64,000 nucleotides of DNA from Candidatus Staskawiczbacteria bacterium (GTDB lineage: Bacteria > Patescibacteriota > Minisyncoccia > Minisyncoccales > Staskawiczbacteraceae): NCBI GenBank assembly GCA_023245155.1, contig JAHFKV010000001.1:527323-591322 (forward strand). The letters are read 5' to 3'. Position 1 is the stretch's first letter. Every line of letters starts with the position of its first letter. This document shows, one piece after another, positions 1-7,751 of the stretch. The notes under the pieces were generated by a model. It did no database searches, was not told where the DNA came from, and was given only the letters and a program-made list of their open reading frames with translations. The translations under genes were made by a program, and so were the position numbers.

Positions 1-821
1 ACTTCATCAGAAGTGCGAATGCGGTAGTGATAATTGGTATTGGCAGTCAAGTTATGCAACGTGACGCTGTGGCTCAAAGACAAGCTGGTGGCAGGGGTGC
101 TTGCATTTCCATAACCAGCGGTCGTACCATATTCAACCTCTGCGTTTGCCACCTCGCTGGTTGTCCAGTTGATTGTTGCGTTTGTGGTGTCTACCGAGGT
201 AACCGTGACCAAAGAAATATCCGGTGCGGTTGTATCAATAAGATGTTCAGTGTTATTGCTTATATTTTCTCCCGATCCGCCCGTTGACGCTTCGGTCGTA
301 AATTCGTGACCACATGAATTAGCGGTGTTTCCCGCAAGATCAGTTGAATGAATGCAATAGTAATATCTGGTGGATGGAGTAAGTCCATTGAGTACCGCCA
401 GATGTGCCAGCCCTGCAGTGGCAGAAAGCGTGATAAATGAACCATAGCTTGGAGTTGTGCCATATTCCAGGCGTGAAGTAGCCAGTTCGTCGGTTGTCCA
501 GGCAATATTTTCTTCAGTCGGCAAAACCGAAATGGCCAGGATTGAGCTTACATGAGGCGGCGTTGTATCTCCGGCGACAATGGTTTCAATCACCGGTGCG
601 GTGACGTTGTTTACTTCCGGAGTGGGTTCTGTAACCGAAGGAGTATTCACTGTCGGGGCTGGTTCTGGCGCAGGAGTTGGAGTCGGGGCTGGGACTGGTT
701 CGGGAGCAGGTGCGATATTAGTGTCTACAGTTATTTCACCAATGGCAAGCACCGGCACGACATGTAAAAATAATATGCCACATATCGTAATCCCCGTCAC
801 TATCGATTTTACAGTTTTCAT
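1..821 (-). CDS. Secreted fibronectin-type-III-repeat protein (5' partial; ATG at 821, runs off window start)
   Basis: Minus-strand reading from 821: MKTVKSIVTGITICGILFLHVVPVLA signal peptide, then Pro/Thr-rich linker (APAPEPVPAPTPTPAPEPAP), then repeated EYGTT..YG..T / NYHYRIRTSD Fn3-like blocks. Open to window edge, hence absent from ORF track. Confidence 0.6.
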   Translation of the reverse strand, partial: MKTVKSIVTGITICGILFLHVVPVLAIGEITVDTNIAPAPEPVPAPTPTPAPEPAPTVNTPSVTEPTPEVNNVTAPVIETIVAGDTTPPHVSSILAISVLPTEENIAWTTDELATSRLEYGTTPSYGSFITLSATAGLAHLAVLNGLTPSTRYYYCIHSTDLAGNTANSCGHEFTTEASTGGSGENISNNTEHLIDTTAPDISLVTVTSVDTTNATINWTTSEVANAEVEYGTTAGYGNASTPATSLSLSHSVTLHNLTANTNYHYRIRTSDE

Positions 822-990
822 AGTAATTCTTCTTTTTAAATCTTTTTGTAAAAATCTAAAAAGATTTTTAGATTATTAAATTAAGTAATTATGGCACAAA
901 TGCAAAGTAATACAAATGAGCATATCTAAAAAGCACGAATACATTCGTGTTTTTTGGTGGGAAAAATTATTACGCTTCCCCATTTATTTG

Positions 991-1062
991 TTCCGGGACT
1001 AGGATTCGAACCTAGATAGTGGGTTCCAAAGACCCAAGTCCTACCATTAGACGATCCCGGAA
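991..1062 (-). tRNA. tRNA-Gln (anticodon UUG)
   Basis: Reverse complement folds as cloverleaf: acceptor TCCGGGA/TCCCGGA, D-arm GTCT/GGAC, anticodon stem TGGGT/ACCCA with loop CTTTGGA (TTG), T-arm CTAGG-TTCGAAT-CCTAG. Confidence 0.85.
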
Positions 1063-1099
1063 TATTATTTAAATTAATATAACATTTTTCGGCTACGAA

Positions 1100-1600
1100 G
1101 ACAATTTTTTACAAAGAAAAACCCCAAGCAATCGTATTTATCTTTGTGAATTGGATCCACAACGATATTTACGAAGCTCGGGGCCCAGAGGAGACATTGA
1201 AGATTAAGTGCCTTCCAGACAAGTGGTCGTCCTTTTTTGTTCTGGACGACGTTCACCCGTCCGCGACGAGACAACACTTGAGTTTCCCTTTGACCGTTTT
1301 TATGGTCGACTCGAAACCTTCAGTCTCCTTTTGCAGCAGGCACGTCAGCGCGGTTAGCATTACCCCCACAAAAGGGGGATTTCGATCGCTACCGCAAATG
1401 CGTAGAGGTCATTGTCGGGATCACGGCAAGCCGTGGCCGACACCTCAACGCAGCAAAAAATGCACTGCTGGTGGCGTGGAACCTAATCCACTGTCAAGTT
1501 GCCACAATGTGCTGAAGCGGAGTAGGAAAGTGTCTCTGCTTACCAACTCTTCAAGAGAAACAGGGTTTTTCTCCTTGCGCATCAACTCTTGACGACTATG
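1100..1600 (-). ncRNA. Candidate structured ncRNA A (~500 nt), class undetermined (RNase P RNA / tmRNA / other large RNA)
   Basis: GC-rich (far above coding background), no credible ORF, many local hairpins (CCCCCACAAAAGGGGG, GGTCGTCC..GGACGAC, CAGCA..TGCTG). Near-consensus promoter TTGACA-16-TACAAT directly upstream on the minus strand (1606-1633), tRNA-Gln downstream. Confidence 0.4.
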
Positions 1601-1605
1601 CCACC

Positions 1606-1633
1606 ATTGTAGCATGCCACAGGCGCATGTCAA
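1606..1633 (-). promoter_or_regulatory. Sigma70-type promoter TTGACA-16nt-TACAAT driving ncRNA A
   Basis: Plus-strand tgtcaa at 1628-1633 and attgta at 1606-1611; overlaps dnaX stop codon. Confidence 0.6.
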
Positions 1634-2730
1634 GCCCCCGACGTGCAAATGTCTACTATCGCCAACTCCAGAGGGAGCTGTAAAATGGTAGCGTATTTCA
1701 TGTTTTGCTCAGCTTCAATAAATTTTTCCAGCCAGTTCTGCAAGTCTTTTTCCTTCACTTCTGCAATTTGAGTCTTCATGACTTCCACTTCTTCGGCAGT
1801 CAAGCCACCGCTATCTTTAGCTAAAAATTCCGGATTGATTTTCAGCATCAATGCCTGGCGTAAGTAAAACACCAAAGTTTTGGTAAATTCTTGCAAATCT
1901 ATGCCTTCGTCAGCCATTTGGTTAATGTACAAAAGGGCTTCTTTTGTGGCTTGTCGCACAATAAAATCTACCAGTTTTGAAATCTGTTCAACTTCAACCA
2001 TCCCCAATAATTCCTTAATATCTTGGGTTTTTAACATGTCGCCAGAGAAATTCATGCATTTGTCTAACAAGGATTCGGCATCCCGGAATGATCCGCGAGC
2101 ATTCAAGGCAATTACGTTTAAGGCTGATTCCTCAAATTTCACCCCTTCTTTTTTTAATATGAACTTCAACTTTTCTATGATTTGATTGCTATGCAAGCGC
2201 TTGAAATCAAAACGCTGGCAGCGGGAAATAATGGTGGCAATCATTTTATGGGCTTCGGTGGTAGCCAGCATAAAAATAGCATGGGAGGGCGGCTCTTCAA
2301 GGGTTTTCAGCAATGCATTAGCAGCCGCTTTGCTCAATTGATGACACTCGTCAATGATAAATATCTTATATTTACTTTTTACCGGTGCGAATTTTATTCC
2401 ACTGATTAACTCGCGCACCTCATCAACACCGGTGTGACTGGCCGCGTCAATTTCTATTAAATCCATTGAATTCCCGTTAGTAATCTCAAGGCAAGAATCA
2501 CATTTATTGCAAGGATTGGCATCCACTGGTTTTTGGCAATTGATGGTTTTCGCAAAAATCCTGGCAATGGTAGTTTTACCCGAACCCCTCGGTCCGGTAA
2601 ATAAATAGGCATGCGAAATTGAATCAGCTTTAATTGAATTTTGCAGCGTTTGCACAATATGTTCTTGCGCAATAATTTCCTTAAAACTCTGTGGCCTATA
2701 TTTTCTGTATAATACTAAATTTTCTGGCAT
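1630..2730 (-). CDS. dnaX: DNA polymerase III subunit gamma/tau
   Basis: YRPQSF, GPRGSGKTT Walker A, CNKCDSC zinc module, AAA+ clamp-loader layout. ATG at 2730 (MPENLVLY...) preferred over ORF-track GTG at 2757 because it coincides with the conserved leader cassette. Stop is TGA. Confidence 0.9.
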   Translation of the reverse strand: MPENLVLYRKYRPQSFKEIIAQEHIVQTLQNSIKADSISHAYLFTGPRGSGKTTIARIFAKTINCQKPVDANPCNKCDSCLEITNGNSMDLIEIDAASHTGVDEVRELISGIKFAPVKSKYKIFIIDECHQLSKAAANALLKTLEEPPSHAIFMLATTEAHKMIATIISRCQRFDFKRLHSNQIIEKLKFILKKEGVKFEESALNVIALNARGSFRDAESLLDKCMNFSGDMLKTQDIKELLGMVEVEQISKLVDFIVRQATKEALLYINQMADEGIDLQEFTKTLVFYLRQALMLKINPEFLAKDSGGLTAEEVEVMKTQIAEVKEKDLQNWLEKFIEAEQNMKYATILQLPLELAIVDICTSGA

Positions 2731-2778
2731 GAATTTTGAACAAAGTAAGAAAGTCACAAAACTGCGACACCTTATTCG
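2728..2778 (-). repeat. Conserved 5'-UTR cassette, copy a (upstream of dnaX AUG)
   Basis: Minus-sense CGAATAAGGTGTCGCAGTTTTGTGACTTTCTTACTTTGTTCAAAATTC-ATG; one of four copies (see findings). Confidence 0.6.
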
Positions 2779-3153
2779 TTACTTTTTAAATACTAAAAAC
2801 TTGTATCCCGTAAAATTCCAGGCGGCAACAACCCCAGCCGCCAAAACAACTGAAATACTTGCATGAAAGAATTTTGTAAAATACCAGAAGGCTGTAACGT
2901 CTAGAAGCAATCCCACGATTGTGATAAAAGTAAACTTGAGGATTTCCATGTGCCAAGCTTCATATCCATGGGCAGCGAACGCCCAATGCTTGTTCCCCCA
3001 ATATTTTATCATGGTTGAACACAAAAAAGAAATGGCCTTGCCTGCTACAGAATTCATGACTATGGCCAACAACGTAAAAATTGCTAAATCAAAAAGGGTG
3101 GCTACAGCTCCCACCAAAAGATGCTTTCCAGCCTGAAAAATAGTAACTTTCAT
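2779..3153 (-). CDS. GtrA-like small polytopic membrane protein
   Basis: 124 aa, four hydrophobic helices, basic C-terminus; typical size/topology of GtrA family. Confidence 0.5.
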   Translation of the reverse strand: MKVTIFQAGKHLLVGAVATLFDLAIFTLLAIVMNSVAGKAISFLCSTMIKYWGNKHWAFAAHGYEAWHMEILKFTFITIVGLLLDVTAFWYFTKFFHASISVVLAAGVVAAWNFTGYKFLVFKK

Positions 3154-3256
3154 TAATACATCATACTATGAAAATCAAAATTAAAGAAGAAATCCGTGAT
3201 ATTGATATTTATGATAATCAGCATTATAGTTAAAGCCGTAACCATAAAACAATCTC

Positions 3257-4666
3257 ATGAAATTACCGCGCGTGAAAATTTACAACACCCTCTCAGGCAG
3301 CAAGGAGGCATTACAACCGCTTAACGGTAAAAAAATCAATCTATTCGTTTGCGGCCCCACGGTGTACGACTTTTTACATATTGGGAATGCTAGAATCTCT
3401 GTAATTTTTGATTGTTTTGTGAAATATTTAAAGCAAGTGGGCTTTGAGGTATTCTATTTACAAAATATTACTGACATTGACGATAAAATCATTGTCCGCG
3501 CCAAGGAAAAAGGTGTTTCACCCCAAGATTTGGCAACTGTATTCTCGGATGAATATTTCAAAGAAATGGCCAGTTTGGGTGTCACTGCTGTTAATAAATA
3601 TGCCAAAGCTACTGATTATATTAAGGAAATTATCAGCCAGGTGCAACGATTATCTGACACAGGTTATGCATACCAGCTTTTAGACGGCATATATTTTGAT
3701 ATTTCAAAATTTAGAGGCTATGGAAAATTATCTGGCCGCACCGCCCTGCAAGCCGAAGATTCGGTCAGCCGGATTGATTATGCCAAAGATAAGCGTAATC
3801 GGGGAGATTTTTGCCTTTGGAAATTTGAGACACCTAGCGAACCCAGCTGGGATTCCCCTTTTGGCAAGGGCCGCCCGGGCTGGCACATTGAAGACACTGC
3901 CATTACTGAACACTTTTTTGGCCCGCAGTACGATATTCATGGAGGCGGCATTGATTTAATATTCCCCCACCATGAAGCAGAAATCACCCAAATGGAATCC
4001 GTTTCTGGCAAAAGCCCCTTGGTAAAATACTGGATGCACGTAGGATTTCTAACCATGAACGGCCAGAAAATGTCTAAGTCTGCGGGCGGGATGATTACCA
4101 TTAATGATTTTTTGAAAAGGTACTCTCCCCAGCAATTAAGATTCTTGCTGGCAAAAAGTTTATGGCATTCACCGCTGGATTATTCCGAATCAACCATGAT
4201 AGAAGTAACTGCTACCCTGGAAAGGTTTTCTGAATCTTTACGAAAGATAAAAACGGGGAAAAAGCCGGGCAGATCTGCTGGTAAGCTAAAACCTTTGTTC
4301 AAAAAGGCTGGAGAGGATTTTTATACCACCCTGGCTGATGATTTTAATACCCCCAAAGCCTTTGCAGTGCTGTTTGAATTTATTACACAAATCAACACCA
4401 TGCTTGAAGAAAATGCAGTTAGTAAAACCGATGCCGGTAAGATTTACCAGTTCTTTGTGCAAATTAATAGGATTTTCAATATCATTGATTTTAAAAAACT
4501 GGGTAAAACAACCATTCCCAATGAAGTGAAGGGATTGGTCAAAGTGCGGGAACAACATCGTAAATTAAAAGAATGGGTCAAGTCCGACGAGGTACGAGAA
4601 GAGATTGAAAAATATGGCTACACGGTGCAAGATACCAGAGATGGCCAGGTGTTAAAAAAAATATAA
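3257..4666 (+). CDS. cysS: Cysteine--tRNA ligase
   Basis: CGPTVYD..HIGNAR (HIGH) and KMSKS motifs, CysRS-like length and order. Confidence 0.9.
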   Translation: MKLPRVKIYNTLSGSKEALQPLNGKKINLFVCGPTVYDFLHIGNARISVIFDCFVKYLKQVGFEVFYLQNITDIDDKIIVRAKEKGVSPQDLATVFSDEYFKEMASLGVTAVNKYAKATDYIKEIISQVQRLSDTGYAYQLLDGIYFDISKFRGYGKLSGRTALQAEDSVSRIDYAKDKRNRGDFCLWKFETPSEPSWDSPFGKGRPGWHIEDTAITEHFFGPQYDIHGGGIDLIFPHHEAEITQMESVSGKSPLVKYWMHVGFLTMNGQKMSKSAGGMITINDFLKRYSPQQLRFLLAKSLWHSPLDYSESTMIEVTATLERFSESLRKIKTGKKPGRSAGKLKPLFKKAGEDFYTTLADDFNTPKAFAVLFEFITQINTMLEENAVSKTDAGKIYQFFVQINRIFNIIDFKKLGKTTIPNEVKGLVKVREQHRKLKEWVKSDEVREEIEKYGYTVQDTRDGQVLKKI

Positions 4667-4671
4667 TAAAT

Positions 4672-4706
4672 AAAGCCGGGGGAGAAATTCCCTCGGCTTT
4701 TGCGTT
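4672..4706. terminator. Bidirectional intrinsic terminator between cysS and the GC-rich membrane gene
   Basis: GCCGGGGGAGAAATTCCCTCGGC hairpin flanked by A-run upstream and T-run downstream. Confidence 0.55.
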
Positions 4707-4722
4707 GACAGCGAGTTTCGCC

Positions 4723-5151
4723 TTACTCAACCTTTCGCTTGCTGTAGAAATCCATCAGAAGTACGCTGGCGACTGCTCCACTCGCAGTGGTGGCAATTAG
4801 CAGCAAGGACACTCCAAACATGAATTGCTCATGAACCTGATAAAGTTGATGCAAATACATGGCAATGAATAAACAGGCCATTATCCATGAGGCGAGCAAC
4901 CCTAGCGAGCCGATTGTCATGCACAAGAACAGTTTCGTCACGACGTTCAAACGGGGGTCTGTAGGCCACAACAAAAGAACAAATCCTGCCATGGCCAATA
5001 CTATCCCGACAGCAAATCCCAACAAAATCCACTCTGCCCGTTGAGCGGAATTGGGGTCGAAGGGGTCGGCAAACATTCCCTCGAAGGACAACCCAACGAA
5101 GAGACCGCCAACCAAAATACTAATCAAAGCGAGATTTTTGCGCGACAGCAT
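4723..5151 (-). CDS. GC-rich small membrane protein (4 TM), probably acquired
   Basis: 142 aa, ~50% GC versus ~38% background; AGGAG Shine-Dalgarno-like motif 9 nt upstream of ATG (CTTAGGAGTAACTAC-ATG), unlike native genes. Confidence 0.5.
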   Translation of the reverse strand: MLSRKNLALISILVGGLFVGLSFEGMFADPFDPNSAQRAEWILLGFAVGIVLAMAGFVLLLWPTDPRLNVVTKLFLCMTIGSLGLLASWIMACLFIAMYLHQLYQVHEQFMFGVSLLLIATTASGAVASVLLMDFYSKRKVE

Positions 5152-5285
5152 GGTAGTTACTCCTAAGTACGGTTTTCAAAGACCAGACGCACTTTATTTA
5201 TAGCATTATCAATAAGTAAAGTATAGTTGTGTCTGTTATCATCCACAGGATTTCCCATATCAATACTTGATATCAAATTTAGATT

Positions 5286-6680
5286 TTGGTATACAAAGGA
5301 TACAAACTCATGCCAAGCGATCTTCCCAATAAAAAACCACCGCAAAATACCGAAGCTGAACAATGTTTATTGGGCTGTTTAATGCTGGATAAAAATGCTA
5401 TTGTGCGGGTTTCTGATTTTATCACTGCTGACGATTTTTACAAAGACGCCCACCGGGAAATTTACTCGGCCATGATGGACATCTACAGCAAGGCCGAACC
5501 GGTTGATATTATGTCGGTTTCCACCCGCTTACGTGAAAAACAAACTCTGGAACGGATTGGGGGATCTGACTATTTAACTTCTCTCATTAACACCGTGCCT
5601 ACTGCCACCCACGTGGCAAACTACGCCAAAACAGTACGTGAAAAAAAAGTGTTGCGTGATTTAATTAGCGCTTCAGAGCAAATCGGCGTGGAAGCTTTTG
5701 ACGAATCCCAAGATGTGGACATGCTTCTTGACCGGGCAGAAAAACGGGTGTTTTCCATCGGCCAGCAATCGCTCCGGCAAACCTTTGTGCCCCTTCGGGA
5801 CATTCTGGGCGAAACATTTGAACGAATTGACCAGCTTTCCAAACACCAAGGCATGTACCGGGGAGTTCCCACCGGCTTTGTGCAGTTAGATAAAATGCTT
5901 TCGGGTTTACAGCGGGGAGATTTAGTGATATTAGCTGCGCGGCCTTCAATGGGAAAAACTTCCCTGGCTTTAGATATTGCCAAACATGTGGCCGTGCATG
6001 AAAATCTACCGGTGGGAATTTTCAGCCTTGAAATGGGTAAAGATCAGTTAACCGAACGGCTTTTGGCCAGCCAGGCCAACGTGGATTCGTGGAGGCTACG
6101 CACCGGAAAATTAAACGATGGCCCCGGTGACAATGATTTTTCACGCCTGCAAACGGCCATGGGCACACTTTCGGAAGCTCCTATTTACATTGATGACGCC
6201 GGAACCACCAACATCATGCAGATGCGATCCATGTCCCGCCGCCTTCAGGCAGACCGCGGGTTAGGTTTGTTAATTATTGACTATTTGCAGTTAATGGACA
6301 GCAGTAATAAAAACGCCAGCCCCATTCAACAGGTAACGGAAAATTCACGGGCTTTAAAACAGTTGGCTAAAGAATTAAATGTGCCAGTGTTGGTATTATC
6401 ACAGTTGAGCCGCGCGGTTGAACAGCGCACTCCGCACCGGCCTATGCTTTCTGATTTACGGGAGTCGGGGGCCATTGAACAGGATGCGGATGTGGTTATG
6501 TTTATTTACCGCGAAGACAAATACAACGAAAATTCCCTGGAAAAAAATATTGCTGAAATTATTGTAGCCAAACATCGTAACGGTGCCCAAGGAGCCACTA
6601 AACTATACTTTGACGAAGCCCGGGTAAGTTTCAGAAACCTTGAACAGGGCGATTACGTGACAGAAACTCAAGCAGAGTAA
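5286..6680 (+). CDS. dnaB: Replicative DNA helicase
   Basis: N-terminal NTEAEQCLLGCLM DnaB motif, Walker A GARPSMGKTSLAL, RecA-like C-terminal domain. Start may be the internal Met at 5310. Confidence 0.9.
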   Translation: MVYKGYKLMPSDLPNKKPPQNTEAEQCLLGCLMLDKNAIVRVSDFITADDFYKDAHREIYSAMMDIYSKAEPVDIMSVSTRLREKQTLERIGGSDYLTSLINTVPTATHVANYAKTVREKKVLRDLISASEQIGVEAFDESQDVDMLLDRAEKRVFSIGQQSLRQTFVPLRDILGETFERIDQLSKHQGMYRGVPTGFVQLDKMLSGLQRGDLVILAARPSMGKTSLALDIAKHVAVHENLPVGIFSLEMGKDQLTERLLASQANVDSWRLRTGKLNDGPGDNDFSRLQTAMGTLSEAPIYIDDAGTTNIMQMRSMSRRLQADRGLGLLIIDYLQLMDSSNKNASPIQQVTENSRALKQLAKELNVPVLVLSQLSRAVEQRTPHRPMLSDLRESGAIEQDADVVMFIYREDKYNENSLEKNIAEIIVAKHRNGAQGATKLYFDEARVSFRNLEQGDYVTETQAE

Positions 6681-6681
6681 T

Positions 6682-7233
6682 ATGGACAGCATCAAGAAAA
6701 TTACCGACCTTTTTTCAAAGTTTCCGGGAATTGGAAAGCGGACTGCGGGGCGGTTTGTTTTTTATTTGATTAACCAACCCAAAGAGAAAATTGATGAACT
6801 GATTGTGGCGTTGCAAGAATTAAAAAAATCGGTAAAACTGTGCCAAAACTGCTTCAATCCCTTTGAAGCCGAAGGGGAGCTGTGCGAAATTTGTAAAAAC
6901 CCTTTGCGCAACAATCAAATTCTATGCATTGTTGAAAAAGAAGCTGACTTACTAAGCATTGAAAGCGCGGGCCGGTACAAAGGCTTATATTTTGTTTTAG
7001 GAAACCCTTCCCGCTTAACCCAGCTCCAAACCAGGGTCAAAACTTCTCCGCCCACGGAAATCATTATTGCCTTAAATCCCACACCAGAAGGCCGGATAAT
7101 TTCAGCGCTTGTTGAACGTGCACTTGGCTCAAAATACAAAATAACTCATTTAGCCAGAGGAATTCCCGTTGGCGGAGAGTTAGAATACGCTGACGAAGAA
7201 ACCCTAGAGAGCGCTTTTGAAGGGCGGAAGTAA
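6682..7233 (+). CDS. recR: Recombination protein RecR
   Basis: HhH start FPGIGKRTAGR, C4 zinc finger CQNCFNP..CEIC, Toprim-like C-terminus. Confidence 0.9.
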   Translation: MDSIKKITDLFSKFPGIGKRTAGRFVFYLINQPKEKIDELIVALQELKKSVKLCQNCFNPFEAEGELCEICKNPLRNNQILCIVEKEADLLSIESAGRYKGLYFVLGNPSRLTQLQTRVKTSPPTEIIIALNPTPEGRIISALVERALGSKYKITHLARGIPVGGELEYADEETLESAFEGRK

Positions 7234-7235
7234 AA

Positions 7236-7262
7236 AAAGAAGCCACGAAACTTCTTTTGGGA
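7236..7262. terminator. Hairpin terminator (AAGAAG-CCACGAAA-CTTCTT + T/A runs) after recR and after ncRNA B
   Basis: Stem-loop flanked by A7 upstream and TTTTGGG downstream; works in both orientations. Confidence 0.45.
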
Positions 7263-7645
7263 AAGGTGGGGTAGACCAAATCCAGAGAAGCTCGTGGCTC
7301 TTCGCTTGAAAGACAAGGCGGGGACAACAATGTCGTGAAAGTTGCAGGACTCGCTACCGCAACGCGCGACATTGGGTCTTACATACCTCTAAAGACGCCG
7401 GAGGTAGCAAATGCTGTTCGGCAACTCGGGAGGTGGTGATTCCCGAAGCCATACCGGACATTCAATCCGGTTCAGCAACCCGCCATGTTTGCGAAAAAAG
7501 AAAGGGGCAGGGAAACCGTTCGCCCTAAGAACGGTCTGGCGCGAGCATCTTGCTCGCAGGAATCGTTCCAATTGGTGTGCACACCGAGAAAGGACTACTG
7601 GCAAGGTGGCTATGCAACCAACTCCCTCCCCAAGCTCAATGATCT
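7263..7645 (-). ncRNA. Candidate structured ncRNA B (~400 nt), class undetermined (tmRNA / RNase P RNA candidates)
   Basis: GC-rich, no plausible ORF. Bounded by strong minus-strand promoter TTGACA-17-TAGTAT (7652-7680) and a hairpin+U7 terminator (7236-7262). Long-range complementarity GGGAGGGAG / CCACCUCCC. Confidence 0.45.
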
Positions 7646-7651
7646 GAATTA

Positions 7652-7680
7652 ATACTAGCAATATAGCATTTCATTGTCAA
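7652..7680 (-). promoter_or_regulatory. Sigma70-type promoter TTGACA-17-TAGTAT for ncRNA B
   Basis: Plus tgtcaa 7675-7680, atacta 7652-7657. Confidence 0.6.
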
Positions 7681-7695
7681 TAAGTTTTGTGCAAA

Positions 7696-7724
7696 CACAA
7701 AAACCGCCTTCGGGCGGTTTTTGT
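7696..7724. terminator. Bidirectional terminator AAAAACCGCC-TTCG-GGCGGTTTTT
   Basis: Perfect GC stem, UUCG loop, A-run and T-run on either side; follows the 912-aa surface-protein gene on the minus strand. Confidence 0.7.
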
Positions 7725-7751
7725 GTTTGCAATTATTGCAGATGCTATTAA

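Noticed and set aside
1074-1648. ORFs 1146..1592 (+), 1074..1277 (-), 1445..1648 (-) as protein genes
   Set aside because: Region is much more GC-rich than coding background, lacks protein-like composition, and is bracketed by a consensus promoter and a tRNA; treated as ncRNA instead.
1880-2409. Antisense ORFs inside dnaX (1880..2185 +, 2182..2409 +) and similar antisense ORFs inside other large genes (e.g. 8393..8578, 31114..31632, 49205..49417, 60041..60577)
   Set aside because: Embedded opposite well-supported conserved genes, with no independent motif or signal support.
2728-2778. The 4-copy upstream cassette as a sigma70 promoter for leaderless transcription
   Set aside because: A TTGCGA -35-like hexamer exists, but no acceptable -10 lies at the spacing needed to start at the AUG, and the covarying hairpin argues for an RNA-level element; promoter role not excluded but not supported.
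7389-7661. ORFs 7389..7661 (-) and 7411..7647 (+) as protein genes
   Set aside because: Lie within the promoter/terminator-delimited GC-rich ncRNA B; low-complexity Arg-rich translations.
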